This document shows, piece after piece, positions 42,770 to 56,177 of a DNA stretch of 64,000 bases. The notes under the pieces were generated by a model. That model searched no databases, had not been told where the DNA came from, and was given only the letters and a program-made list of their open reading frames with translations. Location of the stretch: contig OZ024740.1 of assembly GCA_964016885.1 (NCBI GenBank), forward strand, positions 310,186,001 through 310,250,000, read 5' to 3'. The translations under genes were made by a program, and so were the position numbers. Within the stretch, counting starts at the first letter, position 1, and every line of letters begins with the position of its first letter. Origin of the DNA: Eledone cirrhosa (lineage: Eukaryota).

Positions 42770-43070
42770 TTTTATTTTTATTTTTATTTTTATTTTTATT
42801 TTTATTTTTATTTTTATTTTTATTTTTATTTTTATTTTTATTTTTATTTTTATTTTTATTTTTATTTTTATTTTTATTTTTATTTTTATTTTTATTTTTA
42901 TTTTTATTTTTATTTTTATTTTTATTTTTATTTTTATTTTTATTTTTATTTTTATTTTTATTTTTATTTTTATTTTTATTTTTTATTTTTATTTTTATTT
43001 TTATTTTTATTTTTATTTTTATTTTTATTTTTATTTATTTTTTATTTATTTATTTATTTTTTTTTTTTAT
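42770..43070. repeat. (TTTTTA)n hexanucleotide array in the PLE-2 3' UTR
   Basis: Directly visible. Confidence 0.95.
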
Positions 43071-44332
43071 ATATTTTTATTTTTTTATTGTTACTTCACA
43101 TCGGCCAATAACCCCCCCCTTTATTCTCCGATTCACTTACCTAATATCTTCACTTTCCACTTTTTACTTCCCTATTTTCTTCACTAACTGATTACTCAGG
43201 TCACTTGCGTTTTCCCCTCCAGATATGTTTTATTGTTATTTTGTATTTTTTCGCAGCCAATCTTATAATTTTATATTTGTACTTACTATCCACAAGTTTT
43301 TTACACCTTGTATCTATGTGTCCGAACGCCTTAATGTGTGTATACTTTCTATATATGTACACGAGCGCCTCCGCATGTGCGCGCACGTGCGTGTATATAT
43401 ATATATATAAATGTGTATGTATATGTGTCTTCATATCCGTGTTTTTACATCTGTTTTTTTTGTTTTGTTTTTTTTTACATCCTCATTTTTATGCGCGTGC
43501 ATGCAAACAGGTCAATATGCGTGAGTGTAAGTATGTGTGTGTGTGTGTGTGTGTATGTATCGAATGTATGAATGTGTAAGTGTCAGTGTGTATATAAGCA
43601 TGTATATGTTTGTGTTTTTGTGTGTGTGTGTGTGTGTGCGAGTGTGTATACAGTCGCGTGCGTGCGCGTGATTAGATATACATGGGGCGAGGCGTATATG
43701 CGTATATATGTGTATCCCGTGTGTGTGTAGATGTGCTTGCATACGCTTTTGTCTGCACGTTTTTTGCGTGTATATATACATATTTCTTATAGATATACGT
43801 TTCTTGTAGATATACGTGTGTGTGTATGCGTGTACCTTGTTTGTCTTCTTTTCTTTAATTTTTTCTTTCTAAATTATTGTTCCATTTTTATAAATATATC
43901 GAGAATGATACTTTCTTTTAATTATTACACTCCCTTACCTCTTTTACTTCCGCATATAAGTCTACGTACGTGTAGGTGTGTTTATACGCGTGCCTTCATA
44001 TTCTTATAATGTATCTATTACCCTATTTTTTCAGTGTACCTGCCAAACAGAAAACCACATCATGTCTGTCTGTAATTTACAGATACACAGATACATTTGC
44101 CCTCACATATATATTTACGCACACTTTTTCACTATACGTATACATTTGTACATACACATATATGTACATCGGTGAACGTGTATACATACATATACACACA
44201 CCTAACTATATTTCTTGAAAGATTTTTATATATTTCATATGGCTATTGTAATTCATTTGTCTATATTTATATAATTTTTTTTTTCTTGCTTTTCTTGATG
44301 AGACTTTCCAAGTATTTAGCCATCTTTTATAA

Positions 44333-44406
44333 TGCCTCGTCTGACGAACGAATGAAGACGTTTCTTTCGTATTCGCCTCATTCGGGAAACCTCTGGTCAT
44401 GAGGTA
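44333..44406 (+). ncRNA. Type-I hammerhead ribozyme in the PLE-2 3' region
   Basis: TGCCTCGT-CTGACGA-aCGAATGA...TCATTCGg-GAAA-CCtctGG-TC-ATGAGGTA: 8-bp stem I (2 GU pairs), extended stem II, GUC triplet. Confidence 0.85.
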
Positions 44407-44508
44407 ATTATATTGTATTGATTTATATACATTAAATGTTGCTCTGGCACTTACATAGAGCACTCTTCACTTCTATGACCTTTTCTGTTTTCAACGGAAA
44501 TTTCAATA

Positions 44509-44595
<87 letters not shown>

Positions 44596-44624
44596 GTATT
44601 TATATATATATATATATATGAGTC

Positions 44625-44689
<65 letters not shown>

Positions 44690-44692
<3 letters not shown>

Positions 44693-44998
44693 GTATTTAA
44701 AGGTTAAACAAGGTAGAGTGAATAAATCAAAGAATGAGTTTTACAATAGATTGGAAGCACTCAACTGTGCTGGTTTTCCGGAGTTATTAATATTAATTCA
44801 AAATATTAACAAAATAGATATTCTTGTGATCAAGTATATTTTATTATACATATTTCAGAGGTACTGACTTAACTTCAACATTAAGTCCTCAGATAAAATA
44901 AGATGATGCATGACATACCCTGACATGGTAGATGGTTAAGATTCAGTCATGGTAGTGCTACCATGACTGAATGAATATCTATTTGTTAATATTTTGAA

Positions 44999-45003
<5 letters not shown>
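44690..45003 (-). mobile_element. Family C fold-back element, copy 2
   Basis: Homologous to 18157-18553. HHR-like core at 44837-44900 (CTGAGGA..GAAA-TATGTA-TA). Apex at 44956-44957; the inverted arm is internally deleted. Confidence 0.85.
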
Positions 45004-45086
<83 letters not shown>

Positions 45087-45673
45087 AAAACACACAGATA
45101 CATGCGGACACACACATATATACATGAATGCATCCGCACCCAACTGTGAGTTAAGGGTGCCAACTTCACCGATGTTGCTCAATGAATGACTGGGACATTA
45201 TATTACTAATTATATCTAAATGTTTCTTCTCTCTTCATAATGTATTTTTAACTCTGATACTGGTTCAGTCTGGTTCAAACTGAATTGGTCTGTCCAAGTC
45301 ATTCATTGAGCAACATCGGTGAAGTTGGCACCCTTAACTCACAGTTGGGTGCGGATGCATTCATGTATATATGTGTGTGTCCGCATGTATCTGTGTGTTT
45401 TTAAATATATTAATAACTCCCTCTGGTCGAGCAATCTTTGAAGTGTGGGGACAGCTGGAAAGCTTCCATTACTCATACTTCTCGCCTTCTTCACTACCTC
45501 TTCTACGGCCTCGATATGAATACCCCCTCCGCCTCTGTGGTATTTTCTTCGTGGTTATAAGAGGCTTAGCTCTGTTTCTCGACCGTTATATCGCGTGACT
45601 ATCTCCCCCTCCGCCTTTTGGGATTCTTTCTCACGTCGTGTAGACGCGTTCTTGAGACTAGTAAAATGAGGTA

Positions 45674-45761
45674 TCCTCTTGATAAGTCGGCAGACCTCGC
45701 AAGGACTCTATATCTTTGATATATTGTTTTTGTTTATGCCACGAAACTACGTAGTCGAGGA
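45674..45761 (+). ncRNA. Type-I HHR with U3:A8 core variant (unit 1)
   Basis: TCCTC-TTGATAA-GTcGGCA...TGCCAC-GAAA-CTACGTAG-TC-GAGGA. Confidence 0.8.
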
Positions 45762-46264
45762 ATTTAGGAACAGTTTAGGTATGATACATTTTATTACTAA
45801 TTATATCTAAATGTTTCTTCTCTCTTCATAATGTATTTTTAACTCTGATACTGGTTCAGTCTGGTTCAAACTGAATTGGTCTGTCCCAGTCATTTATTGA
45901 GCAACATCGGTGAAGTTGGCACCCTTAACTCACAGTTGGGTGCGGATGCATTCATGTATATATGTGTGTGTCCGCATGTATCTGTGTGTTTTTAAATATA
46001 TTAATAACTCCCCCTGGTCGAGCAATCTTTGAAGTGTGGGGACAACTGGAAAGCTTCCATTACTCATACTTCTCGCCTTCTTCACTACCTCTTCTACGGC
46101 CTCGATATGAATACCCCCTCCGCCTCTGTGGTATTTTCTTCGTGGTTATAAGAGGCTTAGCTCTGTTTCTCGACCGTTATATCGCGTGACTATCTCCCCC
46201 TCCGCCTTTTGGGATTCTTTCTCACGTCGTGTAGACGCGTTCTTGAGACTAGTAAAATGAGGTA

Positions 46265-46352
46265 TCCTCTTGATAAGTTGGCAGACCTCGCAGGGACTCT
46301 ATATCTTTGATATATTGTTTTTGTTTATGCCACGAAACTACGTAGTCGAGGA
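46265..46352 (+). ncRNA. Type-I HHR with U3:A8 core variant (unit 2)
   Basis: Same motif 591 nt downstream of unit 1. Confidence 0.8.
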
Positions 46353-46421
46353 ATTTAGGAACAGTTTAGGTATGATACATTTTATTACTAATTATATCTA
46401 AATGTTTCTTCTCTCTTCATA

Positions 46422-46472
<51 letters not shown>

Positions 46473-46674
46473 CATATACACAATAAAAATAAAAATAATA
46501 GAAATTCGAGAAGACCACCTAATATTGTTTGATCTATCACACACACACACACACACACACACATATGTATCTATGTATACATACATATGTATATATGTAT
46601 ATATGTATACATATATATATATGTGTATATATGTATACATACATATGTATATATGTATACATACATACAAGCAT

Positions 46675-46740
<66 letters not shown>

Positions 46741-47482
46741 TTGTGAGTCTGTTTGTTTGTTTCACCGGTTTTGTACATTGACTCATATATCCATGTATAA
46801 TCAAAATCCTTGTCGCCTCGTTATCCAGTCCTTCCTATTAATCTTCAGCGGACTCTTTGGATGAAGGCATCAGTATTCTGGAGTGAATGTTTGAGATACG
46901 TGGTGGTATGGGTCTAGTCTTATTTAAAAAGAAATTTGAATAGTTTGCATATTATCGTTTTCTGCGTATATATAAACTGCACAATGTATTATAGCTGCGT
47001 ATAGAGATATTAATACTGGTTTATGAATTCCCAGATGCATATATAATGAAAACAATACTAAATGGTTGACACCATATAGCAGAATTGTATTTATTATGTG
47101 TATCTTAGTTGATCGTACTTCAATTTCTGCCATGCCCTCCACTAATTATCTAGTCCTTTGTGATTATTCGGTTGCTTTGGAGAATCCCGGATAATATTCA
47201 GCCAAGATTCATATAGTCCTCAACAGTATATATTGATTGACTCACACTATCAGTAAATATATTTTGTTATTTGAATACATATAAATCTACAGTGTGTACA
47301 AATATTTACTATGTACAAATGTGTGCGTGCGTGTGTATAGTGGTTGAGAGTGCATCTACACACACAGACATACAAACATCGCACTCACACTCACACACAG
47401 ATGCACACACACACGCACACACAAACACATACACATGCACACACATATACACAAACACACACACACATATATATCGTTATAC

Positions 47483-47930
47483 ATTGGGAGGATCATGCTG
47501 CCAATAAAAACACACGCATCTTTTGAGTTTCACTTGAATTTATTATAAATTTCAATTTGGTTGATTGGTTGGCTCGATAACCGAATGGTTATTTATATAT
47601 TGTCAAAGCTCTTTTGTCTTTCTGTGACCTCTTCAGTGACTGGGTTTTTAACTTGTTTATTTATTTGTTTATTTATTTTGTGTCCCAACTTTGTTCTGCG
47701 AACACACAACACACAGAAACAATATGGTGTAAGACAGAAGAAAGCAGAGACAAAATGAAAAGTAAATAAGACATTTAAATAAAGTCACTGAGGAGGTAAC
47801 GAAAGAGCTTTGACAATATATAAACAAACATCCGGTTATCGAACCAACCACCCAACCGGAAATTTATAATAAAATGAAGTGAAAACCAACAGCGGCGTGT
47901 GATTTTATTGGCAGCATGACCCTCCAAATA
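47483..47930. mobile_element. Old, diverged ~450-bp palindrome with an HHR-like motif in each arm
   Basis: Arms GGAGGATCATGCTGCCAATAAAA... / ...TTTTATTGGCAGCATGACCTCC. Motif at 47784-47814 (+): GTCA-CTGAGGA-GgtaaC-GAAA-GAGC-TT-TGAC. Motif at 47602-47640 (-): GTCA-CTGAAGA...AAAA-GAGC-TT-TGAC. Confidence 0.65.
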
Positions 47931-47949
47931 TGTGCTTCGTGTGTATGTA

Positions 47950-48775
47950 TGCGCGCCTTTGTATGCATGTACGCATGTATGTGCCTTTGTCTGTACGTAT
48001 TTATATATATACTTATATATATATATATATATGTGTGTACGTACGAACCTATGTTTGTTTTCTATTTTTTCTGGTGTTAATTTATAATTGATAACCCTAC
48101 TTTCTCTTTGATTTAAAAAATGTTTTTATTCTCATATATTGTTTCATTTTTAACATGTATTGAGTCTCAGACTGACACTCCTTTGACTAATACAGTCCCT
48201 TCCCTGTATATCTCTCGCATGTATGTGGTCGCGTGTGTGTGTGTGTTTATACGCGTGCTTTCATTCTTGTATGTGTATACATTTCAATCCTTAATACCTG
48301 AATCTGGATGTATGATAACTCTATTATCTAACAATTTCTTTTTCAACTTATATTATATACGTATTTTTGGTCACACATACACTGATATGCTTGCCCTCAT
48401 ATATGTACTATACATATGCATTTGTACATACACACATATGTACATTTGTGAGTGAATATACACATATTTATACAATACCCTAACTATATTTCCTTATTTC
48501 ATTTTTATATATCTCTTGCATTACTTTTATTTATATATTTTTTTGCCCGTTAAACTTTTGCCTTTCTTGATGAGATTTTTCAAATATTTCATGTTTTAAA
48601 TTGCCTTGTCCGACGAACGAATGAGGATGTTTTTTGTATTCGTCTTATTCGGAAAACCTCTGGTAATGAGGTAATTATATTGTATTGTTTATTATACATT
48701 AAATTTAGCTCTGGTACTTACATAGAACACTCTTTACTCCTATGGCTTTTTCAATTTTCAACGGAAACTTCAATA

Positions 48776-48778
<3 letters not shown>
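47950..48778 (+). mobile_element. Diverged solo copy of the PLE-2 3' tail, with HHR variant at ~48603-48673
   Basis: Colinear similarity to ~43800-44510 (e.g. GACGAACGAATGA, AAACCTCTGGT.ATGAGGTAATTATATTGTATTG, TTCAACGGAAA.TTCAATAC). Ends at (TA)n. Core reads CCGACGA. Confidence 0.8.
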
Positions 48779-48835
<57 letters not shown>

Positions 48836-50721
48836 ATACTTCTATTCGCTGAAATCATATCTTTATATGAGTTACTACAATAAAAGTACAAGTGTATCAT
48901 AAAAACACTCCCCCTTGTTTGCCAACACATTCTACTTCAGAAAGATAAATATATACAGAATAGTATGTAACAAATCATTAAAACATTGGCGAATGGTATT
49001 CAGATATATTCCGTGCTTGCATGTGTATCTATTACCCGGGGACAAGTGGAGTAAAATACAGAAACAGAGAGAAAGAAATTGGAAACTTCTTTAATTTTCC
49101 TTTCAATCCTCCCATTTCTCACACGTAGTGTTTCTTCAAAAACGAAATGAAAGGAAGAAGGAATATATGCCTGGGTATGTTTATGTTTAATTGAAAGGAT
49201 AACGTGTGTATAATAGAGTCATACAGACAGAGAGAGACAGACATACAGACATATTGATATACAGGCAGAGTTACTTAGGTTAATACCAAAATTAATATAT
49301 TTGTCTGCTTCTCTGTTCTCTTCCCGTCTAAATTTGCACTATATATATATATATATATATCGTAACACAAAATTAGTTGATTGTTCATTATATAAAAAAT
49401 ATTTCCATGAAATGTCCTTACACATTATTAGCATCCATTCTCACGCAAGTCGTCTACTCTGAATAAGGCTTAGCAGTAGTCAACAAAGAAAATATTAACA
49501 TCAAGTAAGCTGGCCGATAAACTAAACAGAATTAGTAATGGTAGATTTATATCCCTACACTAATTAGTATCGATTTGCTATGTTCTAAGTTCAAATATAG
49601 GATGTGTTAAATAAATAGCCTTTTATTAATTCTAGGTTCTGACAATATATACCGGTGAGGGGGAATGTTGCCTTTAATCCTTTAGAGGTTGCGTAAATAA
49701 TATACGAGTCAAGTAATTGGATTAATTTATATTCCTACAGAGCTTTCAAGATGTGAATGGAATAATGGACAGGTATTCGCTCTATGAAATACATTCCTCT
49801 TCAGAAAAGGTTGACCTTCATCGATTGTGTATATTATATATCCTAAGAATCCTTAGCATCGTGTTTTCGAATACTACAATTAGTAGGTAAATCTCAATTC
49901 AAATGCCAATGCTAAATGCGCTGTTTTAAATACAGTTTTCTGAGTAGGTATATCTAATTTAATAATATGACAACTGTACTTGTATATATTTATTTACTGT
50001 AATAGCTTCCGATCAAATTGAAATGTAAGCGAATTGAAATGAGGGGAAATGAGAGAAAAACAAGGAGAGCGGAGTGTAAGAATGATAATTATTGAGCGTC
50101 GAAATGAGAGGAAGATCAAAACAGAAAATAAATATTGGAGGCGGATAGAGAGAATGAGAGAGACAGAAAAGAGGCAACAATAAGAGAGGGGGAGAAAGCG
50201 AGAGAAAGAGAGAGGAGGAGAGAGAGAGAGGGAGATAGCGAGAGAGAAAGAGAGATGACAAGTGAAGAAAGAATATTTGAGATAGGAAGAGGAGGGAAAG
50301 AAAGTGCAAAAGGTGTAACCTTATGAACCAATATACTAATATTAGTCAAAGGAAACGAGGAAGATAATGTGTAGGAGAAAGGAAAGAGAGGGAAGTCGAT
50401 TCACACAACAATGGGAAATCAGGTAGCAAAGTTTGTGAGTTCAATGAACCTTCAGAACTGATATTCTTATTTTCCAAATCTCACTGTTTATGTACTGTAT
50501 TTATCTATTATTGATGTGTTTTTGCATTGAATCATAATGAATGAAATATGGTTCAACCATCCATGAAATGTAGTGTCAATTATTTGTCACCAAGAAATTT
50601 GTGCTAATATCGTGTAAATTCATATACATATATTTACACACACACACAAATATATATGTATATATTTATGTTTGTGAGTGTGTGTATACGGGCGTTGGTG
50701 TACCATATAGTATCATGTATC

Positions 50722-50756
<35 letters not shown>

Positions 50757-50950
50757 TCCTGATTAGTTCTTTCGTTGTTTTGGTATTGTATGGCTGGGTT
50801 TTGCCCGCCGCAATTTTCAATTTGTCAAGCTATCTAAACGTATATTCTTACTCTAAGGCCCACCTTATTGAGAGCTTTGCTACTCATTCCTAATTGTAGG
50901 TCGCTTTTGCTTGGCCGCAGCCAAAGCTTCAATTTTACAAAGCTTCCACT

Positions 50951-51014
<64 letters not shown>

Positions 51015-51377
51015 CTGTTCTTCCCCTGTATTCGCGGTGGTTACGTTCCCAGAGGCGCCGTGAAGAGTGAAAACCCGTGAATAGTAGACGTGGTCCATAT
51101 AAAGGCCTATAAACGTCAAAATATAACGTAAAATATGATAAAAAAAAGAGGAAGCTTCTTATGCGAAGGGGCATGAACAGGCCGGCAAATACGGTATATA
51201 GTTATTAATAATTTAGTGTTAAAAAAATTATATATTGCCATGAAAAAAGGCATTTAAAAAATCGCGGAATATATTTGCAATTCCAAGAATATGCGATAGT
51301 TTCCACGAACAATTATTAGTTAGGTTCTAAGGAAAATTACACGAATAACCGGGACCGCGAATGCCGGAGGTACACTG
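51015..51377. mobile_element. Tigger/pogo-type MITE
   Basis: Imperfect TIRs CTGTTCTTCCCCTGTATTCGCGGT / ACCGCGAATGCCGGAGGTACACTG between TA dinucleotides. Confidence 0.65.
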
Positions 51378-51417
<40 letters not shown>

Positions 51418-51421
51418 AAAA

Positions 51422-51480
51422 GAGTCAGGGCCTCAACAGCTGAGCTCCGGCCGTTTCGATAGCTAGATCCGGACAGTTTC
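51422..51480 (-). mobile_element. Fragment related to family B
   Basis: GAGTCAGGGCCTCAACAGCTGAGCTCCGGCCGTTTCGATAGCTAGATCCGGAC resembles 18727-18780. Confidence 0.6.
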
Positions 51481-51529
51481 GTATATCGGCTGGATCCCCA
51501 GGAAGAGAGACCAGCCGGGCTCATAAATG

Positions 51530-52010
51530 TTATCCAACCATCATACACCTCGTCTACACCTGAGTCTCCTGTTGTTTTGTTTTGCTTGTAAAATCTGCCC
51601 AGATATTCCTGAAACATTCTAACCACATGTCTGTCGTATCGGAGGTGTGATCTCTCAACTCAGAGAAGTAATGGCTCTCTGATATCTGAGCTACGCTTTC
51701 TGTCGAGTAAGGTTAATTCATGGACCATTCAGCGGAACCCTATTTTAGTCGTTTATAGTCGCGATCCTATTTTGCCGGTCATTACCCAATATTCATGAAC
51801 ATCCATAAGGTTTGGCAGGAAAACCGAAATGAAGAAAACGAGTTTAGACATTAAACCTAACCACCTTAATTCTGATGACCTCATGCAGAAGCTAAACTTA
51901 TCCACATGTTTCAGACGAACTCCATTAACTTATAGAGTGCACTGCGATGGATTCCTTCAGAGAAAGAGTGTCTCAGTCTTCTCATTACCAATTTCCATTT
52001 CTGCCGAGTA
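51530..52010 (-). mobile_element. Decayed RTE LINE 3' fragment
   Basis: Minus strand gives LRYDRHVVRMFQE (LRW.GHV.RM-like); similar to 60330-60875. Confidence 0.6.
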
Positions 52011-55000
52011 GCACGCAGCAGAAAACCTATCAAGTGGTTGTTGGAGATCACCTTCTGGCGATTTAGATAATATAAAATATATATGTGGGTGTGGGGGCTG
52101 GGGGTTGCATGTGTGTGAGTGTGTGTAAGTTTAGTATATCTAATGATATACGGTATGTTTACGAATAAACATTAGAAAAGCATTTTAGCTATGAATATTG
52201 AAAGGCTGACGGCAAGCACCATCTACCATATTTCAGCAGATGTAGGTACATATACACATTGACACTGAAGTGGATACCCAGCCACCACACAACCATGCCG
52301 CACACACACATCTAGAACTGGAGGATTCCTCAAAACACCAGCCAAGATGTGCGTATGTGCATATGGATACCACAACAAATAACTCGCAACTCTGCGTCCA
52401 TCTGACAAATCACTATTTCTACATTTACCCTACACGTTTAAATATATCCTTCAGAAATAGATGAAAATTCAATTATACACCCGTTGTGAAAACGTGAGCT
52501 CAATCGTAGAGCACTTGATATTTACAATATACGATGTGTGAGTGCACGTGTGTTGTTTTTAAAGAATTATTACGATTTTGGGGATACAATGTTGTTCGAA
52601 ATATTTACTTTTAAAATAATCTAATAAGACATTCATTTCATTTTTCTCCAAAGATAAATATATGTCACGTCATATTCAGAAATGAGAAGGTTCAAAATTA
52701 ATTGCTTAAGATTAAAATATATAGATATTAAGTAAGCAGATTGCATTTGGAAATGTATAATTTGTTGTTTTTATGCTTTGATTACACCTTATCTGATAAT
52801 GCACAACATCGTTGTATATTGTGAATTACAAGATATAACGAAAACAAAAGAATGATGAATGTATAAAAGACAGCCACGCATTATATCAACATTATTTTAG
52901 GCAAGGCGTGAAGGAAGGGGGACGCCAGAGAAGTACATAGGCAATATGCAGCAAATGCCTAGCACATACGAGGTTACATATTACATAAGATTGCATGCAC
53001 ACAGTACTAGACTATCTCAATATGCTGACATTATAGTCTCAGTCAATTTCAAGAGACGCATGTGTTTGCTAAGATGAGACATCAACAAGATAAAGAGAAA
53101 CAACGGATACAATTCAAAGCAGCAGTTAACGAAGTTGATATATCAGAGCCAAACGAAGATAGAGAGTATTAACTGCAATGGAAAATGAAGCTTTTCAGAG
53201 AGACAGAAAAACAGAAAAAATGAAACAACGAGAAAGAAAAATAAATCACTTAATACAAACAACTTTAGCAGGATTAGCTGAAACTCAAGAAGAAAGAGGA
53301 GCATGACGGGAAATGAAAAAAACATTAGCCAGTGAATATGGTAAAGAATGTTACAAAATTCTGAGAAATATTAGGTGATATATTATATTAAAAGCATGAT
53401 GTAAGGATTCCGTAATAAAATGGGATATGTAAATAAGAAAAACCTCTGAAACAAATACATGTGGATATTTATTTGATACATTGGATATATCGAACAAAGC
53501 CAGTTCATTTGAGAAAGCCTGTGATGTTCTCTTTAGTAACTGTTTTCATAAAGGTAATATGTAGATCCCTATGTGGCAAGATTCCGCATCATATCTGAAA
53601 GATATTATAAGCCAGGTCATCTTCGAAATCCCATGTTTAATAACAATATTAGATAATATATTTCGGCATTTGTTCGTGCAGATGAGCGAATGATTGTGTG
53701 TAGTTTCACTTTGTTTTTAAATGTAAGGACAATTGTATCCCCATGAATTTAATACCGGAAAGAGGTGAAACGCAAATTGCTCAACCATAGATTTATGATT
53801 CAATAATGACTAATGAGATTAGATATAATCACCAAGCTTATATGAGTTATATTGCTCTACTTATAGGTCAGTATTTTGCATTATTAGAGAATATATAGTT
53901 TACGCTATAATGTATATAATGCTAAGTGAAGTGTTTGAAAAAGATAGAACACCCACAACATTGAAATACGCTAGCTACAACAGGGAGCATGGTATTTACA
54001 AGAGATAATTATGTTGACTGATAACACTAAAATTTCCCTACAGTGAATGATGTGGAAAACATGTTCAGGAATCCAGATGGAATATCACTGTTTGAGAGAG
54101 ATAAGATTGTTTAGACAAGAAATCAAAATGATCAAAATCTTCTTAGTATTATAAGTCAACATTTTGACTAAATGATACGTACTATATTTTACTGTATGGC
54201 GAAACAAGCTGGCTGTGCGATTGGCCAATTAGTAAAAGAAGAATGATAGATAGTTGTGGAAAGAATGCTACGATGCTGCCACACAATATATCGCAAATAA
54301 GGAGAATAAATGAATTTAATCCTATACTACCCTGTGAATGAATATCTAAACAGTGAACAATGGGCATCTATTTGTAGGAGAAACTATCAGTTTTTACTAT
54401 ATCATATATGACCAGAGAATTACACGAGATGAGTTTATCACTTTGTGACAGTTCTGAAGACGAAAAGACTAGAAGCATTGTCATATCAACATCTGTATTT
54501 CAGAGATTATCTAGGATTATAGAAAATCAGGAGAAAGTTGTAATGGCAATTATGATAAAAATGAAAGGTTGTTTTGTTTATTAAAATGAAAAGAATTATC
54601 TCCATATTGTCCGGATTTTGTAGTTCGATTATTCAAGTTCAAATTAAATTCACTTTATGATAACATAGGTACAATACAAAATGAATTTTAATAATTCAAT
54701 TGATATTAACAACATTGCATATGTAGATACGTTTTCGAACCCAGTAACATATCCAACTCTATAAGATATTATTATAAACAATTATCTAATTCATGGAACC
54801 TATTGCAAAACATATCCCAGTGCCTAATTTAAGGAGACACTAAATATTCAAAAGGATTTTCTATATTTACAGCGGTGACGCAAATGTTAATATAGTGAGA
54901 TGCGCTCTTTATTGAAGGCTCTGTAGTTAAATAGCGCATGCTGGTAATCGTAAAGTTGACATCAAACCGTTTTGCCGCGTAACCAAACACAGACATGTAA

Positions 55001-56017
55001 ATATAATTGCGACGTCATTATAGAGATTTACTCTTCCGTAAAATTTATATGATGTGTACATTTGAGCGCAAATGTAACTACATCATGATATTACAGAATA
55101 CATAATTGGGCATGGTATCTGTCCTCCAAAACCAATGGTGTGGCTGTATTTAGCTCCTAGTATAATTTAAATTTCAAAAGCCAGTTTTATTTCAAGAGGA
55201 TGTGACACCTACTGGAAACACACGTCATGTGTGAAGTTCAGATTAATAGAAACTGAAGCTGCTAGACAGTTCTCTACTCTTAAATTCCTTAACATTATGA
55301 CTTTGACAAATATCCAACGGCATTAAAACAGAGAATATGTGGAGTAGATAAAACACACCTAAGTACGTATTAGCTACATCCAAAGGTAATTGAGAGGTAT
55401 CACATCATTATTATTATTATTATTTCATGTAACATGAACCAAATTCATAAAGATTTTTGCACTCATTTTCTCATTCTTACAATGTACAAAGTAGCATCTG
55501 AGAGCAACATTCTACTAAGCAAACGTTGGTGAAATGAGTACAGACACAGAAATTTTAAAACCGAAGGTATCGGTCGATTGTATCAACCGCAGAATACAAC
55601 GAGTAATTTATTTACCTAACTTGGATGGATAAATGTCAATGATAAACTCGGCTAAATAGGAAATCGAAACCGGAAGAAATTTCGCCCAATCTTTTGAACG
55701 ACATTCAGCAAACAATATGTTATATAATTTGCAGCAGACACACACACACACATACATACACATACATACACATACATACAGACGACCCCCCCCACACACA
55801 TATATATATAGATGTATATGAAAACATGTTTAAAAATACATGATACGTTTACATACCATAAACATATGGATATTCTCGTTTTCATAGAAAAATATCACAG
55901 AATTGCCAGTACGTTCTGAGAATGTCAGGCAGCAGTGCTTTAGGATTTGCTAACCCTTTATCAGTGTCACTCAAGATCCAACAATTTCTGGCATGGAAAC
56001 AGACTTGAGCTACAGCT

Positions 56018-56048
<31 letters not shown>

Positions 56049-56085
56049 TTTTGTATGTATATGTATATACATATGTATATGTGTA

Positions 56086-56135
<50 letters not shown>

Positions 56136-56146
56136 CATATATATAT

Positions 56147-56177
<31 letters not shown>

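Larger units (their letters stand above)
41212..44510 (+). mobile_element. Penelope-like retroelement PLE-2 (Naiad-like), 5'-truncated, with long 3' UTR ending after an HHR
   Basis: Starts at a (TA)n. RT plus GIY-YIG ORF, ~1.8-kb pyrimidine/TG-rich tail, HHR at 44333-44406, then (TA)n. The tail has a diverged paralogue at ~47950-48778. Assigning the whole tail to the element is inference. Confidence 0.85.
45082..46424 (+). mobile_element. Family D element: ~2.07 head-to-tail units of 591 nt, each with an HHR, plus an inverted 5' segment (45082-45197)
   Basis: TATTACTAATTATATCTAAATG recurs at 591-nt spacing (~45201, ~45792, ~46383). Units are nearly identical. 45082-45197 is the reverse complement of ~45290-45405. 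Flanked by (TA)n. Confidence 0.92.

Noticed and set aside
45371-46189. Duplicated 75-aa ORFs (45371-45598, 45962-46189)
   Set aside because: They reflect the 591-nt tandem unit, start in a TG-rich tract and show no protein features.
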